A stretch of 64,000 nucleotides of DNA from Mobula hypostoma (taxonomy: Eukaryota), in the NCBI RefSeq assembly GCF_963921235.1, contig NC_086097.1:215948001-216012000 (forward strand). Reading direction: 5' to 3'. Of the stretch, positions 13,448-25,035 are shown piece by piece. The number at the start of each line of letters is the position of its first letter. Within the stretch, counting starts at the first letter, position 1. The translations under genes and the position numbers were made by a program. The notes below the pieces were generated by a model that was not told the origin of the DNA, did no database searches, and saw only the letters and a program-made list of their open reading frames with translations.

Positions 13448-13702
13448 AGTTGTCAGAAAGTTGCATTTGACATTCACAGTTTACCAGAAGCAAAACCCTT
13501 TAGCTTCTGCTGGAATATCATTTCCTCAGCAAGGATACACACCGCAATGGCACCATCTGTTACATAATAGTAGGGCTGATTGATAACCTGGTCAGCTAGG
13601 AGGTAAAGCTCTTCTGGATATCAGTGAACTTCTCACCATGGCCAATTGACACTACCAAAATCTAGGAGTTAGGGATGCAGCCTCCACCAGGACCCAGGGT
13701 AA

Positions 13703-14805
13703 TAAGACCATAAGACATAGAAGCAGAATTAGGCCATCTGGCCCATCGAGTCTGCTCCATCATTCAATCATAGTTGATCTTTTTTTCCTATCTCCTTCTT
13801 AACCCCGGTTCCCAGCCTTTGCCCTGTAACCTTTGATGCCTTGTCCAATCAAGAACCTATCAATCTCTGCCTTAAATACACCCAATGACCTGGCCTCCAC
13901 AGTTGCATGTGGCAACAAATTCCACAAATTCACCAGCCTTTGGCTAAAGAAACTTCTCTGCATCTCTGGTTTGAAAGGGTGCCCCTCTATCCTGAGGCTG
14001 TGCTCTCTTGTCCTAGACTCTCCCACCATGGGAAACATCCTTTCCACATCTACTCTGTCTAGGCCTTTCAACATTCAAAAGGTTTCATTGAGCTCCCCCC
14101 TTATCCTTCTGAGTTCCAGTGAGTACAGACCCAGGGCCATCAAACATTCCTCTTATGATAACCCTTTCATTCCTGGAATCATCCTTGTGAACCTCCTCTG
14201 AACCCTCTCCAATCCCAGCACATCTTTTCTAAGATGAGGGACCCAAAACTGTTCACAATACTCAACGTGAGGCCTCACTAGTGCCTTATAAAGCCTTGAC
14301 ATCACATCCTTGCTCTTGTATTCTAGACCTCTCGAAATGAATGCTAACGTTGCAGTTGCCTTCCTCACCACTGACTTGACCTGCAAGTTAACCTTCAGGG
14401 TGTTCTACACAAGGACTTCCAAGTCCCTTTGCATCTCAGATTCCTGGATTTTCCCTCCGTTTAGAAAATAGTCCGCACATTTATTTCTACTACCAAAGTG
14501 CATGACCATGCATTTTCCAACATTGTATTTCATTTGCCACTTTATTACCCATTCTCAAAACTACCTGCCCCTCCACTAATCTATGCATCATCTGCAAACT
14601 TGGCAACAAAGCCATCTATTCCATCATCTAAATCATTTATACACAGCATAAAAAGAAGTGGTCCCAAAACTGATCCCTGTGGAACACCACTAGTCACTGG
14701 CAGCCAACCAGAAAAGGATCCTTTTATTCCCACCCACTGCCTCCTACCAATTAGCCAATGATCTAACCATGTTAGTAACTTTCCTATAATACTATGGGCT
14801 CATGG
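13703..14805 (-). mobile_element. CR1 LINE, 5'-truncated (RT C-terminal part plus 3' end)
   Basis: ORFs LAFISRGLEYKSKDVMSRLYKALVRPHVEYCEQFW and MLKGLDRVDVERMFP; SGVPQGSV motif near 14690; taagaccataagacatag terminus. Confidence 0.95.
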
Positions 14806-16224
14806 TAATGACTGAACCAGATTTGCCAAATGAACTGAGATGCACTATGATCCTATTTCAAATCAGAAAAGTGACTCCAAACTCCTTAGAAAAGAAATGA
14901 AAACTTTAAAAAACTATTATGCTTCTTATCTGTGATGAAAATGAGAACGGCTAGAAATGAGGCAGCCGACTGCCCCCATGACAGGTAAGATGGCTGATTT
15001 TCTATTGGCATAGGGAAGGTGATTACATGCTACTTGCCTGAAATAGGAACTATACTAGTCTCCTCCATGCAAATGAGATACTCCTGTAATGTCCTCACAA
15101 CGTCTGGTCGGGTAAACTCTGCACAACAGAGGATATTATGACAGAATGTCACCCAGGACTGTAAACTGCAGAATATTTGACTCTGTGGTGCTTAACCTAA
15201 AAATTAAAGAAAACGTGCTGCATGCTTTCAAAGGAAAAAATAGATTTTACGCAAATATTAAATTCTGACCCTGAAGCAGTTATATCTAGGTCAGACAATT
15301 TTTGTAGCATCAATTTTTAAAATAACAAAAATTTTAAAAAATCTGAAGTAGGTCAATTGATTTCTATCACCTTCAGTAGTCTCTATATGCATGCAAGTTT
15401 ATCTTTTCACATAATTATACCTTGTATCTCATGGGATACAGTAAGAGAAACATAAAACCTCTCCAGTCGATGTATTCAACAAGGTGGGGTTTCTTTGGCA
15501 GTGAAGCACAGCATTTATGCAATCACTGTCTTATTAGGGAGATTTTGCTGAACTGTTGACAATGATGTACAGTATTGCTTCGCTGGAATGACGTTTAGGG
15601 AAAACGATTCTGCTGCACCACCACACAATACCAATTAGAGAACTATTTTCCGCGACAGGTCAGAAATTTACATTGTTCTCGCAGAAAGATGTGCTTTTTA
15701 ATTTCTTTATTAAGATGACATTCATGTCCCTTGCAACGTTTTAGCCCGACAATCATTTGCTTGTCATGTTGAAAACTGCATTCAGCGATACCGCATTCCC
15801 AAAACATTGTCTTGCTAGAACACCAAACATCGTTTTGTGTTTTCCAAATGAACTGCTTTCGTGTTCTCCCCAAGTTTTTTGACAAGTTCTTTTTAAGAGA
15901 GAAAATAAACAGCTGAACAGAAATAAAAATTCTGGCAGAATCAATCAGCACAGTTTTTAACATTCAAAATGGTTCAGGCATGAAGTGAAAATATTCCAAG
16001 TTTAATTTGCCAAGCTAACCACATTATATTTATTCTCCCACTTCATGCTTTGGAGTTTGGTGTGATGGTATTATTCTCTCAAAAAAAAAACTTGTCATTT
16101 CCATAAATGCAACAGTTACTTGAAAATCTGGGGTTCATATCAACCAATGTCAGAACAGAAAAAAAATCAGTTATAATTTTAATTGCCATTGGCAGTTCGG
16201 GATACATTCCATAAGAAAACTCAC

Positions 16225-16358
16225 CTGTCATATATACCGTGAAGATGTCTCCCCATTTCTGCTGACAAGAAAGAAGAAATCCGAAAGAATCACAACCAAA
16301 TTCAATTGCTTTTCCAATAAATGGAATCCAGCCTCGTACTATTGGCGGCTCTCCAGGT
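16225..16358 (-). CDS. cyp7b1: CYP7B1-like P450, internal exon (equivalent to exon 2; proline-rich hinge), 134 bp, phase 2-1
   Basis: Not in the ORF track. Acceptor ttttctttcaatatAG|ACCT, donor ACAG|GTGAGT. Encodes PGEPPIVRGWIPFIGKAIEFGCDSFGFLLSCQQKWGDIFTVYMT and splices in frame (G+GC) to GKYITF. Confidence 0.93.
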
Positions 16359-17094
16359 CTATATTGAAAGAAAATGGGAAACCGAGCTACCTTAAAGTAT
16401 ATATTCTTGATTACTCCTTCGCTGTTAGAGATTTGTAATATTCAGTAAATTCATTTCACAGTAAATGCCACCGAAATGGCTATATGCCAAATCTGATGCT
16501 ACCGAAATAGTTACTGTCTCCTCTTTATTTAAATTTATTTTAATGCTATAAAGTAATCAAGTAAGTTTTTCTCAATAGATTCGGTTAAAATTGATGAAGA
16601 CTGGAAACCACCAAATTATATTTCTGCTAAGCAAAGTGCAGCATCTTTATGATAAGTCATCACGTAAAATAGCTGAAGGAACTTCAAGACATCAAGGCAT
16701 CATGCAGTCTATGTACACAGATGTTGAGCACATCTACATGAAGCATAAATTCCTTTTAGATAGTATTAAATCTGCCACTACCATGGCACAGGTTTGAGGC
16801 ATAATATCCAAGCAGCATTTCCCCAGTTTCACAAAACCAAAATTGTGTGTATTTGCAACAGTTGAAGTCCCATGAAAATGTGGGCAAAGTTTGTGTAAAG
16901 AAATAGTTCCAGAGTTTGGTATTTTTGAAATTAATCAATTTTGCAACATTATTTTGAATAGCAAATTTCAACTAGCATTTTGAAATTTTAAAAATGAATT
17001 ACAGATCAGTCTTGCTTTAATAGTAAGTCATATTGATACGGCAAAAACAATATGCTAATAGGAAGGATTTGCTTAAGAGTGTAAGTGACAAGAC

Positions 17095-18062
17095 ACACAG
17101 CTCCAATGCTATATTTAAGCTTGCTGACAACATCACTGTCTTTGGCCAAATTAAAGGTGGTGACGAATCAGCATATAGGAAGGAGACTGAAAATCTGGCA
17201 AGTAGTGCCACAGCAACAACCTCTCATTCAACGTCAGCTGATTATTGACTTCAGGAAGAAGAAACCGTTAGGAAATTAGTCAGTCCTCATCGGGGGAATC
17301 AGAGGTGGAGAGGGTCAGCAACTTTAAATTCTTCAGTATTATCATTTCAGAGGCTCTCTCCTGGACCCGACACGTAAATGTAATTATGGAAAAAGCACAG
17401 CAGTGTCTTTATTTCCTTAGAAGTTTGCAAAGATTCAGCATGACATTTAAAACTTTGTCAAACTTCTATAGACGTGTTGTGGAGTGTATATTGACTGGCT
17501 GCATCACAGTCTGGTATGGAAGCCTCAATGCCCTTGAAAGGAGTATCCTACAAATGGAGTTGGATATGGTTCAGTCCATCACAGATAAAGCTCTCTCCAG
17601 CGTTGAGCACACCTACATGAAGCATTGTCGCAGAAAAGCAACATCCATCATCAACGATTCCTACCCCTCATGCCTTGCTCTCTCCTTGCTGCTGCCAATC
17701 AGGAAGAGGGTACAGGAGCCTCAGGACCCACACCGCCAGATACAGAAACAGGCATCAACCCTTAATCATCAGGCTCTTGGACCAGTGAGGATAACTTCAC
17801 TCGTCCCATGTTCCCACAACCTGTGGACTCACTTTCAAGGACTTTTCATCTCATGTTATATACATTGTTTATTTATTTATTTGTTTGTCTTTTTTTCCTT
17901 TTCTATTTGCACAGTTTGTCTGTTTACACATTGGTTGTTTGTCTGTCCTGTTAGGTGCAGGCTTTCATTGATTCTGTTATGTTTCTTGGACTTACTGAGA
18001 ATGCCCACAAGCAAACAAATCTCTATGGTGACATATATGTATTTCATCAATTCACTTACTCT
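17095..18062 (+). mobile_element. Rex1/Babar-like LINE, decayed RT C-terminus plus 3' UTR
   Basis: IFKLADNITVFGQIKGGDESAYRKE (degenerate KFADD) and ERVSNFKF...KAQQCLYFLRSL...FYRRVVECILTGCITVWYG. Confidence 0.9.
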
Positions 18063-20009
18063 GTATTGGGACTATACTGCAAGTTGCCAGGAACAACCTC
18101 AGCATATCAGACATCACGTTAACATTGCCAAAGCTACCTCTTTATATAAACTATGCCCACATTTTGTCTGTAACAGCATCACTATAACAGACCAAAAAGC
18201 ATTATATTTAGTACATAATTTTTTAAAAATGTTATAGACTGGTTTATGTAAATAAAAGTTATTCATTTACATTTGCTGATGGACTGTCGGATGACTGATG
18301 ATTAAGTTTGGCTGTATGGGTTAGTGCCTCGTCCAGTTCATACTTCACAAGCCTTTGCTTAGGAATGTTTTATAAATACAGAATATCACATATTTGTTAT
18401 ATTGCACCAGCTGAGTGGCTGGTCTGAAAATTAAACAAACAAATTTACCTTAAATTCCTCTGCCTAGTAGATACAGCCAAACTAACAAAAATGATGCAAT
18501 TTGGAAGAATATCCTCAAGTGGAGGGCTTGTTAACTTTGATCTGTGACAGTACAAAGCAGCATCTGGTTTTATATCTGAATTATTTGCTGAAAAAAACTT
18601 ATTTAATCCAATTTCACCATGAACACTACATTTACCATTCTGATCAGTTAACTTAACAGTTAAATAGTAACAGAAAGCTGAGATTCAATGCCTTCAGTCA
18701 TTTATGTTTAGTACAATCATTTATTCTAAAACTGGTTTCTGCAGCTTTTTTCATAGCACATTACTTCTGGATTAGCTGCACAATTATATCTGTTCAAGTT
18801 TTATATTAAGAATTTAAACATCAACTATAAATACGATACTATTAATTTAGAAGTAATGCTATTCAAAAAGGATGGTACTGCTGAAAAGACAAACTACAGT
18901 ATTTCAGTATGAGCACCAAGGTAAACATACAATAGGATTTTGTCTACTTTTGATAAAATTTTGATACCAATACCATAAGCTACAGCTAAGTCTTTACATT
19001 ACAGTATTTTCTGCAGGTCTCATGTTAAAAATTGAATTATTTTTTAAAGACTTATTCAAGGAAAATAATACTACACATCAAACACCCAAAAAAAGGTTGG
19101 AGACTAAAGTACGAAATTCTAATCCTCAAATCTTAAATACACTCAAAATTTTGTTTGAAGTTAGATAAATGAATGCTTTCATGTGCAATCTAGAACATTT
19201 TATAATTGAAATGATTCAAAAATATCTAATTTGATAATTTACCTTTTTATAGAACTGCTTAATGCACTTTTATTAAATCTATAAAACATGAATTCTCTTG
19301 ATTGTATTTCCGAATTTCCAATCAGTGATATTCAATGATATACTAAGATTGTAGATTCCACTTTCACAGAAATCAAGGCTTTAATACACTTAATTAGCAA
19401 ATTAAAAAGCAAATTAAATCTAGCAGAATTTTTTATTGGCATCTGGGAAGAGTTTCACTGAACTCCAATTTAACCAATATATTTAGAAAGAGAAAGAATT
19501 TGATATTTCATCAGCCCAGAGTTTCATAATTTAGTTGAAATGTTGAAATCATTTTGTCTACTGGATTGCTCGCAACAGTCAAAAGGAGAAATTACACCCA
19601 TCGATAAAGATAATTACCATATATAAAGCAGTTCCATTCAAATCCTATAAAAGATAACTATAATTTTCAACCTTATTTTTGCCCTAAAATCACATTAATT
19701 TTTACGTATTAGTTATTTAATTCATACTATTAAATATATTATCCGGATAGGTGTTCATTAATAAGTCTTAGTCATCCTTTGGATACAGAAGATTTATTTG
19801 CAAATACCCGCTTCTTTTTTGGATCACACTTTTTATTTTCTATTCTTAGACAGTGCCTGTTATATAGTGTTTCCTTCATTTAGAAGCTTAGTGCTTTATT
19901 TCCAATGTCCTTTTGAAAAATGCACTGTTGTATTTTATTAGTTAAAAGTTAAATATATTTTTAGATGTTACTGTTTTAACATGTCCTAGATTGTCCGCAA
20001 AAGCACAAA

Positions 20010-20184
20010 GAGGAGAAATTTGCAGATGCTGGAAATCCAAGTAACACACACAAATTGCTGGAGGAACTCATCAGGCCAGGCACCATGTATGGAAAAGAGT
20101 ACAGTCGACTATATCAACTGTACTTTTTTCCATAGATGCTGCCTGGCCTGCAGAGTTCCTCTAGCATTTTGTGTGTGTTGCTTG
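20010..20184. mobile_element. Fold-back palindrome of two PLE pseudo-LTR tails
   Basis: Arms 20038-20108 and 20114-20184 are near-reverse complements, with spacer ctata. Confidence 0.85.
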
Positions 20185-20608
20185 CCCAAAAAAGTATTTA
20201 TTTATCTAACTTCAGCCAAAGTTTTTAGTGCATTTAAGATTTGAGAATTAGAATTTCTTACTTTAGTCACTAACCTTCCATTAAACGATTAATGTGTAAT
20301 ATTACTTTCCTTGAATAAATCTTTTAAAAAATCTTAAATAAGAGTTCATTTTTTATTTCAAAACACTTGAATTAAGTCCCTTATATAAACTACAATACAC
20401 TATGTAAAAATAGTTAGGATTGCTCTGGGAGCACCTAGAAATCAGATCTTTAACTTCATTAGTCACAAAAAAAGGAACATTGTATAATGAAATATTTCAA
20501 TTTAATTAACAATTCATTGCCACTAGATGTTCTATTTCTAGACTGTATTTTCAACTATACAGGAAACCTTCAGAGAGTTTGAGACGGAGTTCCCCACTTT
20601 ATTTACTC

Positions 20609-21620
20609 AATAAGTCATAGGAGCAGAGTAAGGCCATCCCAACCTTGCTCTTAGTCTTCTCAAAATGAAGGATAACATTGCATTTGCCTTTGTTACCACC
20701 AACTCAACCAGCAAGTTAACCTTTAGGGACTCCTGCATAAGGACTCCCAAGTCCCATTGCCTCTCAGATTTTTTAATTTTCTCCCCATTTAGAAAATAGT
20801 CTATACCTTTATTCCTTCTAACAAAGTGCATGACCATACACTTTCATACACTACAATCCATCTGCCACTTCTTTGCCCATTCTCCCAATCTAAGTATCCT
20901 TCTGCAGATTCCCTGCTTCTTCAATACTACCTGCCCCTCCACCTATCATTGCATCATCCACAGTATTGACCACAAAGCCAATTCTCTCATCCAAACACAA
21001 AAATAATCTGCAGATGCTGGGGTCAAAGCAACACTCACAACACGCTGGAGGAACTCAGCAGGTCGGGCAGCATCAGTGGAAATGATCGGTCGACGTTTCA
21101 TCCAAATCATTGACATACAGCATAACAAGAAGCAGTCCCAACACTGGCTCCTGTGAAATACCACTAGTAATCTGCAGCCAATAAAAAAGGCTCCATTTAT
21201 ACCCCTTCTTTGTCTCTTGCCAGTCAGCCAATCCTCTATCCATGCTAGTATCTTTTATGTAATACCATGAGCTCTTGTTAAGCAGCTTCATGTTTGGTTG
21301 CTTACCAAAGGCCTTCTCAAAATCCAGTAAACAATATCCATTGATTCTCCTTTATCTATTCTGCCTATTGTTTCCTCATTATGGATTTTTTAGTTCCCTT
21401 CTGTTGGTTTTTAAAACTCCCCCAATCTTTTAATTTCCCACTAATTTGTGCTATATTACATGCCCTGTCTTTTGCTTTTGTGTTGTCTTTGATTTCACTT
21501 GTCAGCCACCCTTGCCTCATACTCCTTTTGGAATAGTTCTTAATCCTTGGTACATAACTATCCTGTGCCTCCTGAATTCCTCCCAGAAACTTCAGCCATT
21601 CTGGCATCATCCCTGATAGT
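20609..21620 (-). mobile_element. CR1 LINE with internal deletions
   Basis: Fragments MVMHFVRRNKGIDYFLNGEKI, SGISQEPVLGLLL..YVNDLD and GWLTSEIKDNTKAKDRA; terminus ataagtcataggagcag. Confidence 0.9.
20996..21097 (-). mobile_element. 102-bp PLE tail inserted in a CR1, 9-bp TSD tcatccaaa
   Basis: TSD at 20987-20995 and 21098-21106. Insert aaataatctgcagatgctgg...ggtcgacgtt closely resembles 50701-50803. Confidence 0.9.
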
Positions 21621-21624
21621 GTCC

Positions 21625-22297
21625 CCAGGCAACACTTCACTTGTGAGTTTGTTGGGGTTATTTACTGAGTTTGGTGCTCCCAGTGTGGCCTCCTGTAAAT
21701 CGGTGAAACCCGGTGTAGATTGGGAGACTGCTTCGCCAAGCATCTACACTTCGTCCGCCAGAACAAGCGGGATTTCCCAGTGGCCACCCATTTTAATTCC
21801 ACTTCACATTTCCATTTCGGTATGTCCATCTGCGGCCTCCTGCACTATCGTGATAAGGCCACACTTAGGTTGGAGGAACAACACCTTATATTCCGTTTGG
21901 GTAGTCTCCAACCTGATGACATGAACATGGATTTCTCAAACTTCTGGTAATGGCCCTTCCCTTTCACCATTTCCCATCCCCTTCTCACTCTCTCACCTTA
22001 TCTCCTTGCCTGTCCATCACCTCCCTCTCGTGTTCCTCCTCCTTTCTTCTTTCTTCCATGGTCTTCTGTCTCCTTCACCCATCAAGTTCCCAGCTCTTTA
22101 CTTCATCCTTCCCCCTCCTGGTTTCACCTATCACCTTGTGTTTCTCTCTCCTCTTCCTCCACCTTTTGAAATCTACTCCTCAGCTTCTTTTTTCTCCAGC
22201 CCTGCAGAAGGGTTTCAGCCCGAAACGTGACTGTACTTTTTTCCATAGATGCTGCCTGGCCTGCTGAGTTCCTCCGGTGTTTTGTGTGTATGTTGCT
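21625..22297 (+). mobile_element. Neptune-type PLE 3' fragment (GIY-YIG remnant plus pseudo-LTR with hammerhead-like motif)
   Basis: GDCFAKHLHFVRQNKRDFPVATHFN...LEEQHLIFRLGSLQPDDMNMDFSNFW; cctgcagaagggtttcagcccgaaacgtgac at ~22201. Confidence 0.9.
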
Positions 22298-23939
22298 TTT
22301 CTTCTTTTTAAGGTTCTTTTGTCTATGATCTTGTTCTCTATATACCCTCCACTCATGAATTGACCAGGTAACCTTGTTTACAGTTTATTTCCAAGGTCAC
22401 CCAGGTTTTATACAATCAGAGTCAGCTCCCTGTCCTAACCTGATGTAACCACTGGGAGCCAAAATCATTGCTAGCATATATAACCCATCCTCCTCAAGAT
22501 TATGATGACAAAAAGACAAAAGTGTGCCATCCTCCTCTTCATTATCTGCTTCCTGTTATTTCCTGGATCTATGGGAAAGAAGTGCAAAGCGAGACTTACT
22601 TATTCAAGATTAGGGAAAAGGTGTGGTTGGAAGTTAACATTTAGCCATTGTTTCTCAGATGTTAAGACATCAGTACGTGTTGACATACACGTAAATGCCA
22701 TCTTCCGCACCAAAAGAAGAGTCCTCCTTAATCTCACATTCTTTGGAGCACTGTCAAAGGCAAATTCAGAATTCTGCAGGATGTACAATTTGGTGCTCTG
22801 CTTTGAACAAAGATTGTGCAGCTACCTGTACATGGCAGCTGAGTACCATTCAGAAATTTCTCATTTTGAGATTCTCCTTAACCAAAGCTTTTTGTGAAGG
22901 AACAGTTACAGAAGTATCCTAAGGGTGTGATAGATTGATCCATCTAGTGTAGGCAAGGAAGAAATTATTGGACATGGAGAATTTATTATCTTTTTTGACC
23001 GGGGTGGTCATCAAACACATTAATTTATTGGAGAATTAAATGAACTCCATTCTTTTCTCATCAATCTCTCTCCTGGTCAGCTGCTAATTAATCTTCCCTT
23101 AAATGTTTACATTGAACTTCTATGCTTGCCAGCAAATGAGCTAGACTTACATCGGCGACTACTCCAAATTGACATGAAAAAGTCAGATGATCCAGGAATT
23201 GCAAGGTGAACATCACTGGGCATAAATCCTTTGGAATTAAGAGTCAGTAGCACAACCACTGCAAGGGATCTTCTGCACACAGAAAGAAAACACTATACGG
23301 TGATGTTCTCTTGATCTACCATCATAACCTTAAGTATCAATGTATAGTAAAAATGGCACAAAGCAACATTTAAACAGCACTCCTGTGGCTTCAGCAGGCT
23401 CTTCTGATAATCAAGTGATCAGAAAAAGCTTAGTGCCATCAGGGTGTCCTTTGTAGTAGATGTTATTGTTCAAAGCTTCCTCATTTATGCATAGTGTTTA
23501 TCCATTTGCAAATATTAAATTTCAGTGTTCTGAGATTTAGCATGTTTGTAAAGTATATCAATGCCTTTTAAAATATGGGTTCTATTATCATGGTCAATAG
23601 CATTAAAGAACATGCCACAATAATATTTTTCAAATAAATGAAAAATACTACAGCCATTCTTAAAACCTCTCGTAGCTACGGGTTCAAGATGCTAAGTGCT
23701 CAGAACATCATTATCTGCCACCTATCTAAACACAATTACATACTATTTCCTGATCTCTTTCCATTTCTGATCACAATAGGATGTATCAGGACAAGTGGGA
23801 ATCATTAGAAGTGATCATGGGTTACTTCAGATAATTACAAGAAAAAAAATTTGTATTTCAGGACTGATATTTGCTTGCTGATCCAGAGATATTAATTTAT
23901 AGAAACATGGTGAATCTGATGATTTCTTTAACATTATGA

Positions 23940-24588
23940 AGACACAGATTCGGCATATCATCTAAAACTTTGACAAACTTCTATAGCTGAGTGGTAGAGC
24001 GTACATAGACTGGATGCATCACGGCCTGGTATGGAAACACCAATGCCCTTGAATGGAAAAGCCTACAAAGTATAGTGGATACTGCCCAGTCCATCACGAG
24101 TAAAGCCCTCTCCACTTTTGAGCACATCTACACGTAGATGCGCATCCATCGTCAAGGCCCCCACCACCCAGGCCATGCTCTCTTCTCACTGCTGCCATGA
24201 GGAAGATGGTACAAGAGCCTCAGTACCCAGCCCGCCAGGTTTAGGAACAGTTATTACCCCTCAACTATCAGGCTCTTGAACCAGAGGGAATAGCTTCACT
24301 TGCCCCATCGTTGAAATATTCCCAAAACCTATGGACTCACTTTCAAGGACTTTTCATCTTGTGTTCTCGATAATTATTGTTTACTTATTTGTTATTAAGT
24401 ATTTTTTTCTTTTTTTATTTGCATTGTTTGTTGTTGTTTGCACACTGGTTGTTTGTCCATCCTATTGGATGCAGTCTTTTATTGATTCTATTGTGTTTTT
24501 CTATTTATTGTGAATGCCCACTGGAAAACGATCTCAGGCTTGTGTATGTAGGTATGTACTTTGATAATAAATGTACTTTGAACTTTGA
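23940..24588 (+). mobile_element. Rex1/Babar-like LINE 3' fragment
   Basis: Homologous to 17430-18060; tail tactttgataataaatgtactttgaactttgaa. Confidence 0.85.
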
Positions 24589-24599
24589 ATACAAAGTTC

Positions 24600-24992
24600 C
24601 ATCCGCTAGACAATCCTTCCAGGTGAGGCTACACTTCATCTGCGAGTATGTTGAGTCATCACCGTTTCCATACCTACCCACCACGCACCTCTGGTGCTCC
24701 TTCTCCTTCTGTTTCCTCTAGCCTTTTATATCTTCCACCAGTTAACTTCCCAGCTCTTACTTCACCCCCTCCACCTCTCCCAGTTTCATAAATTACCTAC
24801 CACCTTGCACACCTTCCTCCCCCCACCTTCTTACTCTGACTTCTCATCTTTTTTTTCCAGTCCTGATGAAGGGTGTCAGCCAGAAATATTGACTGCTTAC
24901 TCCTTTCCATAGATGCTGCCTGGCCTGCTAAGTTTTTCCAGCATTCTTGTGTTGCCCTGGATATCCAGCATCAGCAGATTTTCTCATGTTTG
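24600..24992 (+). mobile_element. PLE fragment (QSFQVRLHFICE plus pseudo-LTR with hammerhead-like motif)
   Basis: agtcctgatgaagggtgtcagccagaaatattgact at 24859-24894, followed by the pLTR tail. Confidence 0.85.
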
Positions 24993-25035
24993 CAATACTT
25001 AGGTAGCCACTTTCATCAATTACTGATCAAGTTTG

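Noticed and set aside
17305..18237. 310-aa ORF as a host gene
   Set aside because: The N-terminal part is Rex1/Babar LINE ORF C-terminus; the rest is read-through into the LINE 3' UTR.
18240..19990. Very AT-rich stretch as a possible structural or regulatory element
   Set aside because: No periodicity, repeat unit or motif cluster is visible; it is consistent with ordinary intron.
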